64,000 nucleotides of DNA from a virus. Within the stretch, counting starts at the first letter, position 1; every line of letters starts with the position of its first letter. The DNA is taken from IMG/VR virus record IMGVR_UViG_3300028563_000014, positions 23,463-87,462 of that record. The stretch is one strand, 5' to 3'. This document shows positions 25,623 to 33,957 of this stretch, in pieces. The notes under the pieces are model-generated. The model saw only the letters and a list, made by a program, of their open reading frames with translations, ran no database searches and was not told where the DNA came from. The position numbers and the translations under genes were made by a program.

Positions 25623-26117
25623 TTAGCCCGGGAGCGCCGCCGACGGATCCAGGATCGGAGACCAGCGGATCAGCAGCCAGGTGCTCACGTTCAGCGTGGT
25701 CGGGAGGTACCCGCTATTGGTCGTGTGCTTCACGCCCAGGCTGTCGCCCTTGTAGAAGGCCACCGGCTTGACGAAGTCCTGCGTCCCCTTGAGCGCCGCC
25801 GCGAAGTTCACGTTGTCGCCCACGATGGTCCCGGCGATCGTCGCGTTAACGACGCCCGTGCCAGCAGTCACCGCGGCGGAGGTCTGCCAGACGAGGCCGA
25901 TGATGTGCCCGGCGCGCCCAGCTACGACCGCGTTCGGAGCGGCAGCGTCCACGGCCTGGAAGGTCTCCGCGACCCCGGCCTGGCTGGCAGCGAGGGCGGC
26001 GACCCGGAAGGCCCCGACCTGGTCGAAGCGCGCGTTTGGCGTCTCGATCGCCGCCGCGTTGCTCACAAGGGTCCGGGTCTTCCCCTGGCCCAGATCCGTT
26101 ACCTCGTAATTGTTCAT
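25623..26117 (-). CDS. Virion structural protein (decoration-like)
   Basis: Ala/Val/Thr-rich beta protein in the head-neck cluster; GGGAG RBS. Confidence 0.45.
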   Translation of the reverse strand: MNNYEVTDLGQGKTRTLVSNAAAIETPNARFDQVGAFRVAALAASQAGVAETFQAVDAAAPNAVVAGRAGHIIGLVWQTSAAVTAGTGVVNATIAGTIVGDNVNFAAALKGTQDFVKPVAFYKGDSLGVKHTTNSGYLPTTLNVSTWLLIRWSPILDPSAALPG

Positions 26118-26151
26118 GCTCTGCGTCTCCCTCGTGTTGGCTGTTCTCGGT

Positions 26152-26580
26152 TCAGGACCACGTCACGGGCCGCGCCATACTGCTGCGACCGGCCCCCGGC
26201 AGGTCCTGTGCGTACGGGTTGGGCACCACGCCCAGGACGTTCGCCAGGCGGTTCACCCAGCGCGTCCGCTCGCGCTCCAGGTCGTCGCCCGCCGTCGGGT
26301 TCAGCTTGATGCTGTCAACCTGGCTCACCCGCACCTGCCCCAGGACCTCGGTCAGCCGGGCGTCGATGGCGTCCAGTCGGCCGAGCAGCATCCGGACGAT
26401 CCCCGCTGCCGACACCGGCGTGTGCTCCAGCACCGAGTCCACCATGAAGGACGTCTGCGTCGCCGCCGGCACGCCCAGCGAGATGGACTGCGCCAGCTGG
26501 AGCACCTGGTAGCCCAGGTGGTACTTGATGCGCGTCTTCTCCTCCTGGGAGAAGACGACGCTCGGCTCGGCGTTGGACAC
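26152..26580 (-). CDS. Head-tail adaptor protein
   Basis: 'FSQEEKTRIKYHLGY...LANVLGV.PNPY' helical adaptor-like protein; synteny. Confidence 0.6.
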   Translation of the reverse strand: MSNAEPSVVFSQEEKTRIKYHLGYQVLQLAQSISLGVPAATQTSFMVDSVLEHTPVSAAGIVRMLLGRLDAIDARLTEVLGQVRVSQVDSIKLNPTAGDDLERERTRWVNRLANVLGVVPNPYAQDLPGAGRSSMARPVTWS

Positions 26581-26589
26581 GACAGGGAG

Positions 26590-26619
26590 ACGGTAACAGG
26601 TACCGCCCCCCGCTGTGAA
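26590..26619 (-). promoter_or_regulatory. Putative promoter TTCACA-N18-TACCGT
   Basis: Same geometry as the other copies. Confidence 0.45.
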
Positions 26620-26635
26620 AGATCGGCCGGGTGCC

Positions 26636-26992
26636 CTACCCCTGAGCGCTCGTGAACCAGCCCGGCGGGTCGCACCGCTCCAGGCCGATCCCCGCGTTCC
26701 TCAGCTTCTCGAAGTCGTAGGCGCCGGCCCGCAGGGTCTCCCCGCCGGGGATCGTCATCACCCCGCCCTTGCGCGCGACGTCGCCCCCCTTCGTCACGCG
26801 GGCCCACTCCCAGCCCCGGACGTCGTCCGGCGCGAACGCCACCGCCGGCTCGTCGCTCTCCCCGGGCCCGGCGGGGAGCGTCGTCTGCGCTCTCGCGGGC
26901 GCCTTGGCGCCAGCCGCCGGCTTCGGACCGGGCTTGGAACCCGGCCCCACGCCGAGAGGGGAAGTGTTCACCTGGGTGTTCTCGTCGGACAT
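26636..26992 (-). CDS. Hypothetical head-region protein
   Basis: ATG at 26992 with GAGGAGG RBS. Confidence 0.6.
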   Translation of the reverse strand: MSDENTQVNTSPLGVGPGSKPGPKPAAGAKAPARAQTTLPAGPGESDEPAVAFAPDDVRGWEWARVTKGGDVARKGGVMTIPGGETLRAGAYDFEKLRNAGIGLERCDPPGWFTSAQG

Positions 26993-27003
26993 GGGCGCCT
27001 CCT

Positions 27004-27210
27004 CAGAAAAAAACCGCAGGCTGCAGCGAGAGAAATGGGAGCACAGGACCGAAGTCCCAGCCCCCCCGGCCAATACGTGGGCCGTACACGAGGTCTCGCT
27101 GCCGACCCGCGGATCCCGACGGCTCACCGGTTGAGGCCGAAGCCTGCCGTTTCTCGCCGTCAGGAAATCCCGGGCACCGCACCGCGCGGCGCCTCTTGTT
27201 CTCGTTCACG
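27004..27210 (-). ncRNA. Candidate structured RNA (ncRNA or long leader)
   Basis: Starts just after a TTGACC-N18-CAAGCT promoter (27217-27246). Two cUUCGg hairpins, long nested stems, ends in a T7 run. Confidence 0.45.
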
Positions 27211-27336
27211 CCTCTCAGCTTGCAGCCGGGCGGCCCCGCCGGTCAAGGGGGCCAGTCCTCGAGGTCCAGCCGGCACCTGGTGCAGCAGCGCAGAAGAGGC
27301 GGCAGCAGCACCAGGCACCGGAAGCAACTGGACAGG

Positions 27337-27828
27337 CTAGGGCGTGGTCGACGGCGCGCCCGAGGCGGCGGGCGTCGCGCTGGTATCGCTGGTGGGGGCC
27401 GTGGTCCCGGTGCTGGCGGGCGGGGCGGCGGGGGTGTTCGCCACGACCGCGGTCGTCAGGTCCGACTTCTTGGCTGCCAGCGCGGCGGAAGCGGCCTTGA
27501 TCTTCGCGCCCAGCGCTTGGATCGTCGCGCTGTCGGCGCCGGCAGCGGCGGTCACCTCGGAACCCGCGCTGTCCAGCAGCGCGACGGCGGCGTCGATGGT
27601 GGTGCTCAGACCCTCTTCCGCAGAGGTCAGGTCGGTGACCTCCGCGGTAAGGGTGTCGAGATCCTGGGTTACCTGGTCGAGTGCGTTGGACATGGCGGCT
27701 TCTCCCTTTGCGATCGGTTCGAGCAGCGCCAGGGCCCGCCGCATCATCGCGGCCAGGTCGTCTACCTTGCGCTCGATCCGCTGCATCCTCGAAGGCATCT
27801 CCAGCGCGAGGTCGACGGCGTTGCTCAT
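27337..27828 (-). CDS. Coiled-coil hypothetical protein
   Basis: Heptad-rich; leaderless ATG 7 nt after the promoter; a second possible start at MSNALDQ. Confidence 0.6.
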   Translation of the reverse strand: MSNAVDLALEMPSRMQRIERKVDDLAAMMRRALALLEPIAKGEAAMSNALDQVTQDLDTLTAEVTDLTSAEEGLSTTIDAAVALLDSAGSEVTAAAGADSATIQALGAKIKAASAALAAKKSDLTTAVVANTPAAPPASTGTTAPTSDTSATPAASGAPSTTP

Positions 27829-27835
27829 GCCGCCG

Positions 27836-27865
27836 ACGATGCGGCGACGGGGACAGCGGCGTCAA
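27836..27865 (-). promoter_or_regulatory. Putative promoter TTGACG-N18-CATCGT, leaderless
   Basis: Recurring motif immediately after the capsid terminator. Confidence 0.6.
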
Positions 27866-27869
27866 GCGG

Positions 27870-27911
27870 AAAAGAGAAAGGGCCGGGGAGGTTTCCCTCC
27901 GCCGGCCCTTT
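27870..27911 (-). terminator. Rho-independent terminator after the major capsid gene
   Basis: AAAGGGCCGGCGGAGG-GAAA-CCTCCCCGGCCCTTT followed by CTCTTTT. Confidence 0.85.
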
Positions 27912-28015
27912 CGGGCGTCATCCGCGTTGCCTCAATTTTTCCCCCCGGCCTCTTTGGCCGCGACGGTCCTGCGGAGGTCGCGTTACCCCGCTACAGCGGG
28001 GGCGCCTTCAAAGCC

Positions 28016-29398
28016 TTACTCGCCGTGGCAGATCACGACCGCGCGCTTGTAGCTGGCGGGGCTGGACGTGGCCAGCTCGTCCGTCGGGATCGGCCAGTCG
28101 CCCGAGATGCTCCAGGTCGACGCCGTCAGCTGCTGCAGGCGGTCCTGGGGCGCGCGGAGGATGAGCCGGATCCGCTCGGTCATGACCTGGACGCCGCCGT
28201 TCACCACGGCGAACTCCCCGATCTTGCCCATCACGCCGGCCTCGGAGATGTACTTGCTCTCGTCGAGGTACTTCTCCTCGATCCAACCCTGGCCCGTCAT
28301 GATCGGCCGGTGGACGTTCACGCCCGCGGCGTTCACCGTCTCGAACCCGTGCGTCGCGCCGGTCTGCGCGTCCGGGTCGCACGTAGTCACGTAGGGCGCC
28401 TCGTTGTTCCGGTAGAACGCGCAGTTCAGCAGGTAGCCGGCTGCGAACTGCCGGTAGTGGACGCCGTCCGGCATCGATGTATTCAGCACCCGGAACTCGT
28501 TGTCGGAGAAGATCTGCGACTCCGAGGTCGGGTCCAGGTGGACGTGGAACGAGCCGTCCTCGTGGGTCGGGACGTTGTTGAAGCGCATCTGAGCCACCGC
28601 CGAACGGATGTCCGCCAGGGTCAGCAGGTCGCTGCTCGAGATGTCGTCCACGCCCGCGCCGCCGCCGCTGTAGACCACGACGGAGCGCTTCGTCGACAGG
28701 ACGGGCGAGCGCGCCGGCACGTTGCCGGAGAGCGCCGGGGTGATGGTCAGCGTGCCCGCGTGGATCTCCGCGAACGGGTCGTTCGCGTTGTCCGGGGTGA
28801 ACGCCGTCACCTGGCCGACGTACGTCCCACCCACCTGGTTCGGGATCGTGATGTTGATCGGGTTGGACGAGGAGACCAGCGCCGGGCGGCCGTTGAACAG
28901 CGCGCGGGTGAACCCGGTCAGGTTCGCCACGTGGATCGAGGTCGCCGCGCTGTTCGCCAGCGTGTCCACCATGCCGTTGCCCGAGATGTAGGCGTTGTAG
29001 CCCTTGTCGCGGACGACGCGGTTGATGGACTGGCCGGAGTGCATGCCCAGCGCCTGCATGTTCGACAGATACTGGTTCGCCAGCGTCACGTAGCTGGTCG
29101 GCATGTGGGTATCGACCGTGTCCGACCACTGCGCCGCGGTGGCCTCCCACTGCTCGACGCCGACCGTCTTCGGCACCGGGTCCAGGCCGGGAGAGATCGG
29201 CCGAGTGGTGGGCTTGATCAGGCCGCGCCGGGTGAACGTCATGTTCGCGCCCAGGTTCACGGCCCACAGCTCGGGCACCGCTTCCATGCGGTACAGCAGG
29301 CGGGGGAACAGGGCGTCGCGGAAGGTCCGCTGCAGCGTGCGGTCCTGGATGCTCGAGACGACGCTGGGGTTGAACGCGACGCTGATTTGATCGGCCAT
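28016..29398 (-). CDS. Major capsid protein
   Basis: 460 aa after the scaffold; strong AAGGAG RBS; own promoter and terminator; HK97-fold-like layout. Confidence 0.85.
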   Translation of the reverse strand: MADQISVAFNPSVVSSIQDRTLQRTFRDALFPRLLYRMEAVPELWAVNLGANMTFTRRGLIKPTTRPISPGLDPVPKTVGVEQWEATAAQWSDTVDTHMPTSYVTLANQYLSNMQALGMHSGQSINRVVRDKGYNAYISGNGMVDTLANSAATSIHVANLTGFTRALFNGRPALVSSSNPINITIPNQVGGTYVGQVTAFTPDNANDPFAEIHAGTLTITPALSGNVPARSPVLSTKRSVVVYSGGGAGVDDISSSDLLTLADIRSAVAQMRFNNVPTHEDGSFHVHLDPTSESQIFSDNEFRVLNTSMPDGVHYRQFAAGYLLNCAFYRNNEAPYVTTCDPDAQTGATHGFETVNAAGVNVHRPIMTGQGWIEEKYLDESKYISEAGVMGKIGEFAVVNGGVQVMTERIRLILRAPQDRLQQLTASTWSISGDWPIPTDELATSSPASYKRAVVICHGE

Positions 29399-29422
29399 GT
29401 GCTCTTATCTCCTTGGTCCGCA

Positions 29423-29452
29423 ACTGTGCAGTGGCGCCGCGACGGCCGTCAA
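29423..29452 (-). promoter_or_regulatory. Putative promoter TTGACG-N18-CACAGT for the capsid gene
   Basis: Recurring motif, preceded by GATTC; short leader containing an SD sequence. Confidence 0.6.
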
Positions 29453-29483
29453 GAATCGGCGGCCGTCGCCACGGCCCGAGAGA

Positions 29484-30356
29484 TCAACTCCCGGTGAACT
29501 GGTACTTCCGACCCCGGTACTCCTTGAACTCTTCTTCGGTCATGTCGTCGACGGACTTGTCCGCCGGCGGGGTCACCTTCGTCTTCGCGTCGGGCGTCCC
29601 GCCGCCCGGGGTCGCGCTCTCCGGCGCCGCCGTCGCACCCGCCACCGGGACCGTCGTCGTTGGCTTCGGGGTCGCCGCGCCCGCGAACAGGTGCGGCCGC
29701 TTCGCCCGCAGCCCGGTGAAAAACGCCTCGGGCTCCGGGAGAGGCTGACCCTCCGGGACGGTCGCGCAGGTCCGGCGGAGCAGGTCCAGCACGTAGTCCG
29801 TCTCCTCTGCCAGAACCCCCGCCACCAGCGCCTTCCCGCGCATGCGCTCCTCGAAGACCTCGTCCCGGGCCTTCGCCCTCACCGACTGCAAGCGCCGCTT
29901 CTTCCGCTCGACGACGTCCTTCAGCCGCTTGATCTCGCGCTCCTGGCGCTCCTCGGCCTTCGACTTCCCAGTCGTCGCCGCGCTCGCCGCTGGTGTTCCG
30001 CCGCTGGCTGCTGCCGCTGCCGCCGCGGTCGCTGCCTTCTCCCGGTCGGCGATGATCTTCTTCGCCTCCTCCAGGCCGACCCCGAGTTGCTCCGAGACCA
30101 GCTTCTCCGCGTCGCGCCGTACGCGCTTCCTGAACTCGGCCTCCGGGATGGTGATGACCGGGCGCTTCTGCCCGCCCCCGCCCTGCCCACCAGCCGCTGC
30201 CGCGGGAGCCGCTCCGCCCGCCGGGGCGCCCGCGCCACCAGCTCCAGCGCCCGCCGCTGGGGTTCCGCCTGCGCCCGCCGCTCCGCCGCCCTCCGCGCCG
30301 GCTCCGCCGCCGGCTGCTCCGCCTTCTCCGCTTCCCTTGCCCTCTTCGTTCGCCAT
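29484..30356 (-). CDS. Capsid scaffolding protein
   Basis: Disordered Gly/Ala N-terminus, charged coiled coil, 'PHLF' motif and C-terminal 'DDMTEEEFKEYR' helix; directly before the capsid gene. Confidence 0.75.
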   Translation of the reverse strand: MANEEGKGSGEGGAAGGGAGAEGGGAAGAGGTPAAGAGAGGAGAPAGGAAPAAAAGGQGGGGQKRPVITIPEAEFRKRVRRDAEKLVSEQLGVGLEEAKKIIADREKAATAAAAAAASGGTPAASAATTGKSKAEERQEREIKRLKDVVERKKRRLQSVRAKARDEVFEERMRGKALVAGVLAEETDYVLDLLRRTCATVPEGQPLPEPEAFFTGLRAKRPHLFAGAATPKPTTTVPVAGATAAPESATPGGGTPDAKTKVTPPADKSVDDMTEEEFKEYRGRKYQFTGS

Positions 30357-30492
30357 GTCGCTCTCCTCTTCGTGTCCTCGCCGGTTAACCGCCCGGTGGT
30401 GGCGTAGGGGGAGGAATGCCCCCGGTTACTGCTCTGCGTTGCTACAGGACGCGCGCGGAGCCCACCTGGAGCCCCGGCGCGCGTCCGCGAAA

Positions 30493-30903
30493 CTACTTGT
30501 CGAGCTGGCCCAGCAGGCAGCTCGCCGCCTGGGTCAGGTCGGCCTTGCTGTACACCAGGTCGCAGGTGGTGTTCGCATCGGCGGTGTTGAATAGGAGCTT
30601 CGAGCCGCCGTCCCAGATCACCTCGCCCGGGAGGGGCACGAGCGCCCCGGTACCGGTGATGGCGCCCTGGCGCAGCTTCTTGGTGCCCGCCGTGCCGCCG
30701 ATGCCGTTCACCTGGAACACCGCCACCGCCGCCTGCGCCATAGTGCAGACGTGGGACGTGATGGTGGCGCCGGTCTCCGTCTTGGCCAGGCCGGAGATGA
30801 TCACCGACAGCAGCTCGCCGAAGCCCAGCAACCGCAGAGCGTCGGCGAGGCGGTTCAGGTTCGCTGAGTTGAGGGAATCTCGCTTCGTGGTCTCTGCGCT
30901 CAT
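30493..30903 (-). CDS. Virion structural / head decoration candidate
   Basis: AGGAG RBS; own promoter (30944-30973); head cluster. Confidence 0.5.
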   Translation of the reverse strand: MSAETTKRDSLNSANLNRLADALRLLGFGELLSVIISGLAKTETGATITSHVCTMAQAAVAVFQVNGIGGTAGTKKLRQGAITGTGALVPLPGEVIWDGGSKLLFNTADANTTCDLVYSKADLTQAASCLLGQLDK

Positions 30904-30943
30904 GGTCGTTGGTCTCCTACGAGGGGTTGCCTGTTCGCGGACC

Positions 30944-30973
30944 AGGATCGACCCGCGCGCGCGCCGCGGTCAA
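30944..30973 (-). promoter_or_regulatory. Putative promoter TTGACC-N18-GATCCT
   Basis: Recurring motif, preceded by GAATC. Confidence 0.55.
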
Positions 30974-30980
30974 GATTCGC

Positions 30981-31370
30981 CTACGTCGTGTCGCCCGCCA
31001 GCACCAGCTCGTAGTCCCCATTCCCGACGATCCCGATGGCCGTGAACTCGTCCCCGCCGTTCGGGTTGTGCACGAAGATCTGGTCGCTGACCGGCATCTT
31101 CTGCACCGCGCCGCCGTTCACGGACGTCAGCAGCAGCAGCATCGGGGCCCACTGCGCTCGGAACCAGAGGAACCGCACCGCGGTCAGCCCCTGGAGCGGC
31201 ACCGCGTACGGGCTCCCGATCGGCGCGTTCACCGACCCGCGGAAGGTGAACGCGCCCGAGTAAGCCGCGCATACCGCCAGCTGCCTGACCTCCTGCGCGG
31301 TCAGCCCGCACCCGGCCGCCGGGGAGAGCGACAGAACGCCCTGCAGCGAGACGAGCGCCGGCTGACCCAT
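30981..31370 (-). CDS. Hypothetical beta-rich virion protein
   Basis: Clean ORF in operon context. Confidence 0.55.
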   Translation of the reverse strand: MGQPALVSLQGVLSLSPAAGCGLTAQEVRQLAVCAAYSGAFTFRGSVNAPIGSPYAVPLQGLTAVRFLWFRAQWAPMLLLLTSVNGGAVQKMPVSDQIFVHNPNGGDEFTAIGIVGNGDYELVLAGDTT

Positions 31371-31376
31371 CGCGGG

Positions 31377-31541
31377 CTACTTGACTTCCCGCAGGCCGGT
31401 GAAGGCCGGGGCCGTCTCGCGGACAGGGTTCAGCTTCGTCCCCCAGGCGTCCGCCTCGTTCATCGGCTTCGCGTCCGGGACCGATCCCGGCGCCCCGTTC
31501 TTGCGATCGTACTCATCCAGCGGGTTCGCGTTCTCGGCCAT
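31377..31541 (-). CDS. Small protein (54 aa) with C-terminal NPV...PAFTGLREVK
   Basis: AAGGAG RBS; member of the four-gene array. Confidence 0.65.
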   Translation of the reverse strand: MAENANPLDEYDRKNGAPGSVPDAKPMNEADAWGTKLNPVRETAPAFTGLREVK

Positions 31542-31587
31542 GGTGCTGCTCCTTGAGTAAGAATTGAGTAACAATTCCCCGGCGGGC

Positions 31588-31743
31588 CTACCGGCCGCGG
31601 GTGATCTTGAACGGGACCGGGGCCGGCGGCTCGTTGTTGCTGCCGGGCTGGATGTTCGCCAGCTTGGCGAAGTCCGTGTCCTTCGCCGGGTCGCCCTGCT
31701 GCCGGACGATCTCCTCGTTCGGGTCCTCGCCTTTGACGTCCAT
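31588..31743 (-). CDS. Small protein (51 aa) MDVKGEDPNEE...EPPAPVPFKITRGR
   Basis: Translated by hand; below the ORF-track cutoff; packed directly against its neighbour. Confidence 0.6.
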   Translation of the reverse strand: MDVKGEDPNEEIVRQQGDPAKDTDFAKLANIQPGSNNEPPAPVPFKITRGR

Positions 31744-31744
31744 A

Positions 31745-31915
31745 TCAGCCCCCCTTCAGGTTCTTGCAGGGAGCCGGCGGCTCCGGCGGGTTGGTCGGGT
31801 TCGCGCGGTAGTCGCGCTCGGCGACTCGCTCGTCGTTCTTGCGGGCCATCTCCTCGGCCTCGACCGAGGAAATGCCCTTGTTCGTCTTCAGGGCGATCTC
31901 GCGCAGCGTCGGCAT
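31745..31915 (-). CDS. Small protein (56 aa) MPTLREIALK...NPPEPPAPCKNLKGG
   Basis: Translated by hand; GGAGG RBS; tightly packed. Confidence 0.6.
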   Translation of the reverse strand: MPTLREIALKTNKGISSVEAEEMARKNDERVAERDYRANPTNPPEPPAPCKNLKGG

Positions 31916-31917
31916 GT

Positions 31918-32130
31918 TCACTTCCTCCCGCGAAACGGATTCTTGTCGATGACCGGGCTCCCGCTCTCGGTCGGGTCGTCGGACAGCCCGCCGCTGGCCT
32001 GGCGGGAGATCTCGATGTACGAGTCGCGGCGACCGAGCCCCGGGTTGGCCTCGTCGGCGGTCACGCCGGCCGGCAGCCCGGGTACGTCCTCGATCACCTT
32101 TGCGGGCGGTGGGCCCTTCGATGCGGACAC
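31918..32130 (-). CDS. Small protein (70 aa) ending SPVIDKNPFRGRK
   Basis: ORF track; tightly packed. Confidence 0.6.
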   Translation of the reverse strand: MSASKGPPPAKVIEDVPGLPAGVTADEANPGLGRRDSYIEISRQASGGLSDDPTESGSPVIDKNPFRGRK

Positions 32131-32133
32131 GGC

Positions 32134-32559
32134 TCAGTCGTCCTTCTTCTCGTCTCCGCCACCGTCCTCGTCGTCTTCCTCGTCCTCGTCGTCGCCCGGT
32201 TTTTCGTCGGGCTCGTCGTCTTCGTGGGCCTCTTCGATCTCGTCGGCCAGGTCGTTCACTTCGGAGACCAGGTCGTCCGCCATCGACAGGACGTTCTTGA
32301 ACGCCTTCTTCGTGGCCTTGTCCTCGTCGCCCATCTCCTCGCCGCGCAGGTCCTTGAAGGCATCCTGGACGGTGGTCGCGGCCTCGCGGATCCGGCCCCA
32401 GAGATTGCTGGGGGCCTCGTCGCCGCCGGTCCCCTCGTCGTCGTCCGGATCGACCTCCTTGCCGCCCGTGCCGCCGCCAGCGTCCCCGCCGTCATCGGCG
32501 CCGCCATTGCTGCCCTTCGCCCAGTTGCGCAGATCGTTCTGGTCGGCGTCGTTTCCCAT
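32134..32559 (-). CDS. Highly acidic hypothetical protein
   Basis: Asp/Glu-rich; leaderless ATG after the TTGACA promoter. Confidence 0.65.
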   Translation of the reverse strand: MGNDADQNDLRNWAKGSNGGADDGGDAGGGTGGKEVDPDDDEGTGGDEAPSNLWGRIREAATTVQDAFKDLRGEEMGDEDKATKKAFKNVLSMADDLVSEVNDLADEIEEAHEDDEPDEKPGDDEDEEDDEDGGGDEKKDD

Positions 32560-32566
32560 GGCGCCG

Positions 32567-32596
32567 ATGATGCGCGGCGCGCGCGGCGGGTGTCAA
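32567..32596 (-). promoter_or_regulatory. Putative promoter TTGACA-N18-CATCAT, leaderless
   Basis: Perfect -35 box; ATG 7 nt after the -10. Confidence 0.65.
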
Positions 32597-32609
32597 GAAC
32601 GCCCGGGGA

Positions 32610-32888
32610 CTAGGACCAGGTCGAGATCTCGACCGTGGCCGGACCGCCGCTGACGGCGCGCAGCCAGATCTTCTGGATCGTCATGCTCTCGAAGCGGCGC
32701 GAGGACGCCTTCAGGTTCGCGCTGTCGAGGCGCCCGTGCTCGTTCTTGCCGTCGTAGGAGAAGGCGACCACGGACGCGGTCGAGACGTAGATCTCGAGGT
32801 TCTTCATCACCGCGCCCGCGTCGTAGTCGGGCAACGTGTTGTACGTCGTCGTCGCCGTGGTCGCTACCGATGCCGCGCTGGCTGCCAT
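32610..32888 (-). CDS. Hypothetical small beta protein
   Basis: Leaderless ATG after the promoter at 32896-32925. Confidence 0.6.
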   Translation of the reverse strand: MAASAASVATTATTTYNTLPDYDAGAVMKNLEIYVSTASVVAFSYDGKNEHGRLDSANLKASSRRFESMTIQKIWLRAVSGGPATVEISTWS

Positions 32889-32895
32889 GCCGGAG

Positions 32896-32925
32896 AGCCT
32901 ACGCGCCGGCAGAGCCGCGGGTCAA
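32896..32925 (-). promoter_or_regulatory. Putative promoter TTGACC-N18-TAGGCT, leaderless
   Basis: Recurring motif. Confidence 0.65.
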
Positions 32926-33030
32926 TTCGAGCGGCGAGCAGACCCCCGCCAGCCTGTGCACCTCGCGGTGCGCGCCGGCACGCCCTGAAGCGTGAAGCTC
33001 GGCAGCGGGAGCCAACCGCTGACGAAGCTA

Positions 33031-33951
33031 TCACAGCCCCGGGACGCGCGGGCGGACCGGACCCGCGTCGTCGAGCTGCGGCGAGGCCGGCCAGGAAGCG
33101 AGCCACGGAATAGTTACGGCACGATCCTGGGGCCGATTGGGGGGTTGGAAATACTCCACCACCTTGCCCGTCGGGACCCCGCGACTGTTCTTTACTACCC
33201 AGCGGAACGGCTTGTCGACGTCGACAGTTTGCCCGTTCAGTTCGATGGAGTCCTCGCCCGTCCGGTTGTCGATGGTCTCCACCAGGCGTTTCATCAGCCT
33301 CGGGACCTGCGCCTTCAGCGCCGCCATCCCAACCTGGTTCGACACCCCGTAGGCGTAGGACACCTCGGTGCGCACGATGCGCTCCGCCCGCCAACGCTGC
33401 TTAGCGAACACCCCGTCCGTGCCCGCCACCCGGTCCACCGCCTCGTCCACGCCCTCGCCCTGGAGCATGGAGAGCGTCAGCTCGTCCCGGATCTTCTTCA
33501 CCACCGGTGGCCCGTACAGCTCGCTCGACCGCTTGAAGTGGTCCAGGAGCGACGGCGCCTGGCCGCGGTAGGCGCGCTGGAACACCGCCGCCTGGCTGGG
33601 TTGGAGCACCGGGGCCAGGCCCCCGAAGTGCTTCTCCAGGGTTTCCACGGCGCCCACCAGGTGGCGGGGGGCGAGCTTGGCGGCGAGCCCGCCGGTGTCG
33701 TCCAGGTGCTCGGCGATCTCCCCCTGGAGCTCCCGCACGGTCGCCGAGACCTGGGCCAGCACCTGGCGCAGGTGCTGCGCGCCGAACGTCTGGCCCTTCC
33801 CCGCGCGCACCATCCCGGTCAGCTTCCGCTCGAGGTCCGTCCTCGACCGCTCGTAGAACTTTTGCAGGCGGCCCACCCCGCGCACCTCCGTCAGCCCGAA
33901 CAGCTGGCGCCGGTGCAGGTCAACCATGCGCATGACGGCGGAGACGGCCAC
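33031..33951 (-). CDS. Minor head morphogenesis protein (Mu gpF / SPP1 gp7-like)
   Basis: 'RAERIVRTEVSYAY', 'DNRTGEDS..LNGQ' and 'PPNRPQDR' motifs. Confidence 0.85.
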   Translation of the reverse strand: MAVSAVMRMVDLHRRQLFGLTEVRGVGRLQKFYERSRTDLERKLTGMVRAGKGQTFGAQHLRQVLAQVSATVRELQGEIAEHLDDTGGLAAKLAPRHLVGAVETLEKHFGGLAPVLQPSQAAVFQRAYRGQAPSLLDHFKRSSELYGPPVVKKIRDELTLSMLQGEGVDEAVDRVAGTDGVFAKQRWRAERIVRTEVSYAYGVSNQVGMAALKAQVPRLMKRLVETIDNRTGEDSIELNGQTVDVDKPFRWVVKNSRGVPTGKVVEYFQPPNRPQDRAVTIPWLASWPASPQLDDAGPVRPRVPGL

Positions 33952-33957
33952 GGCGGG

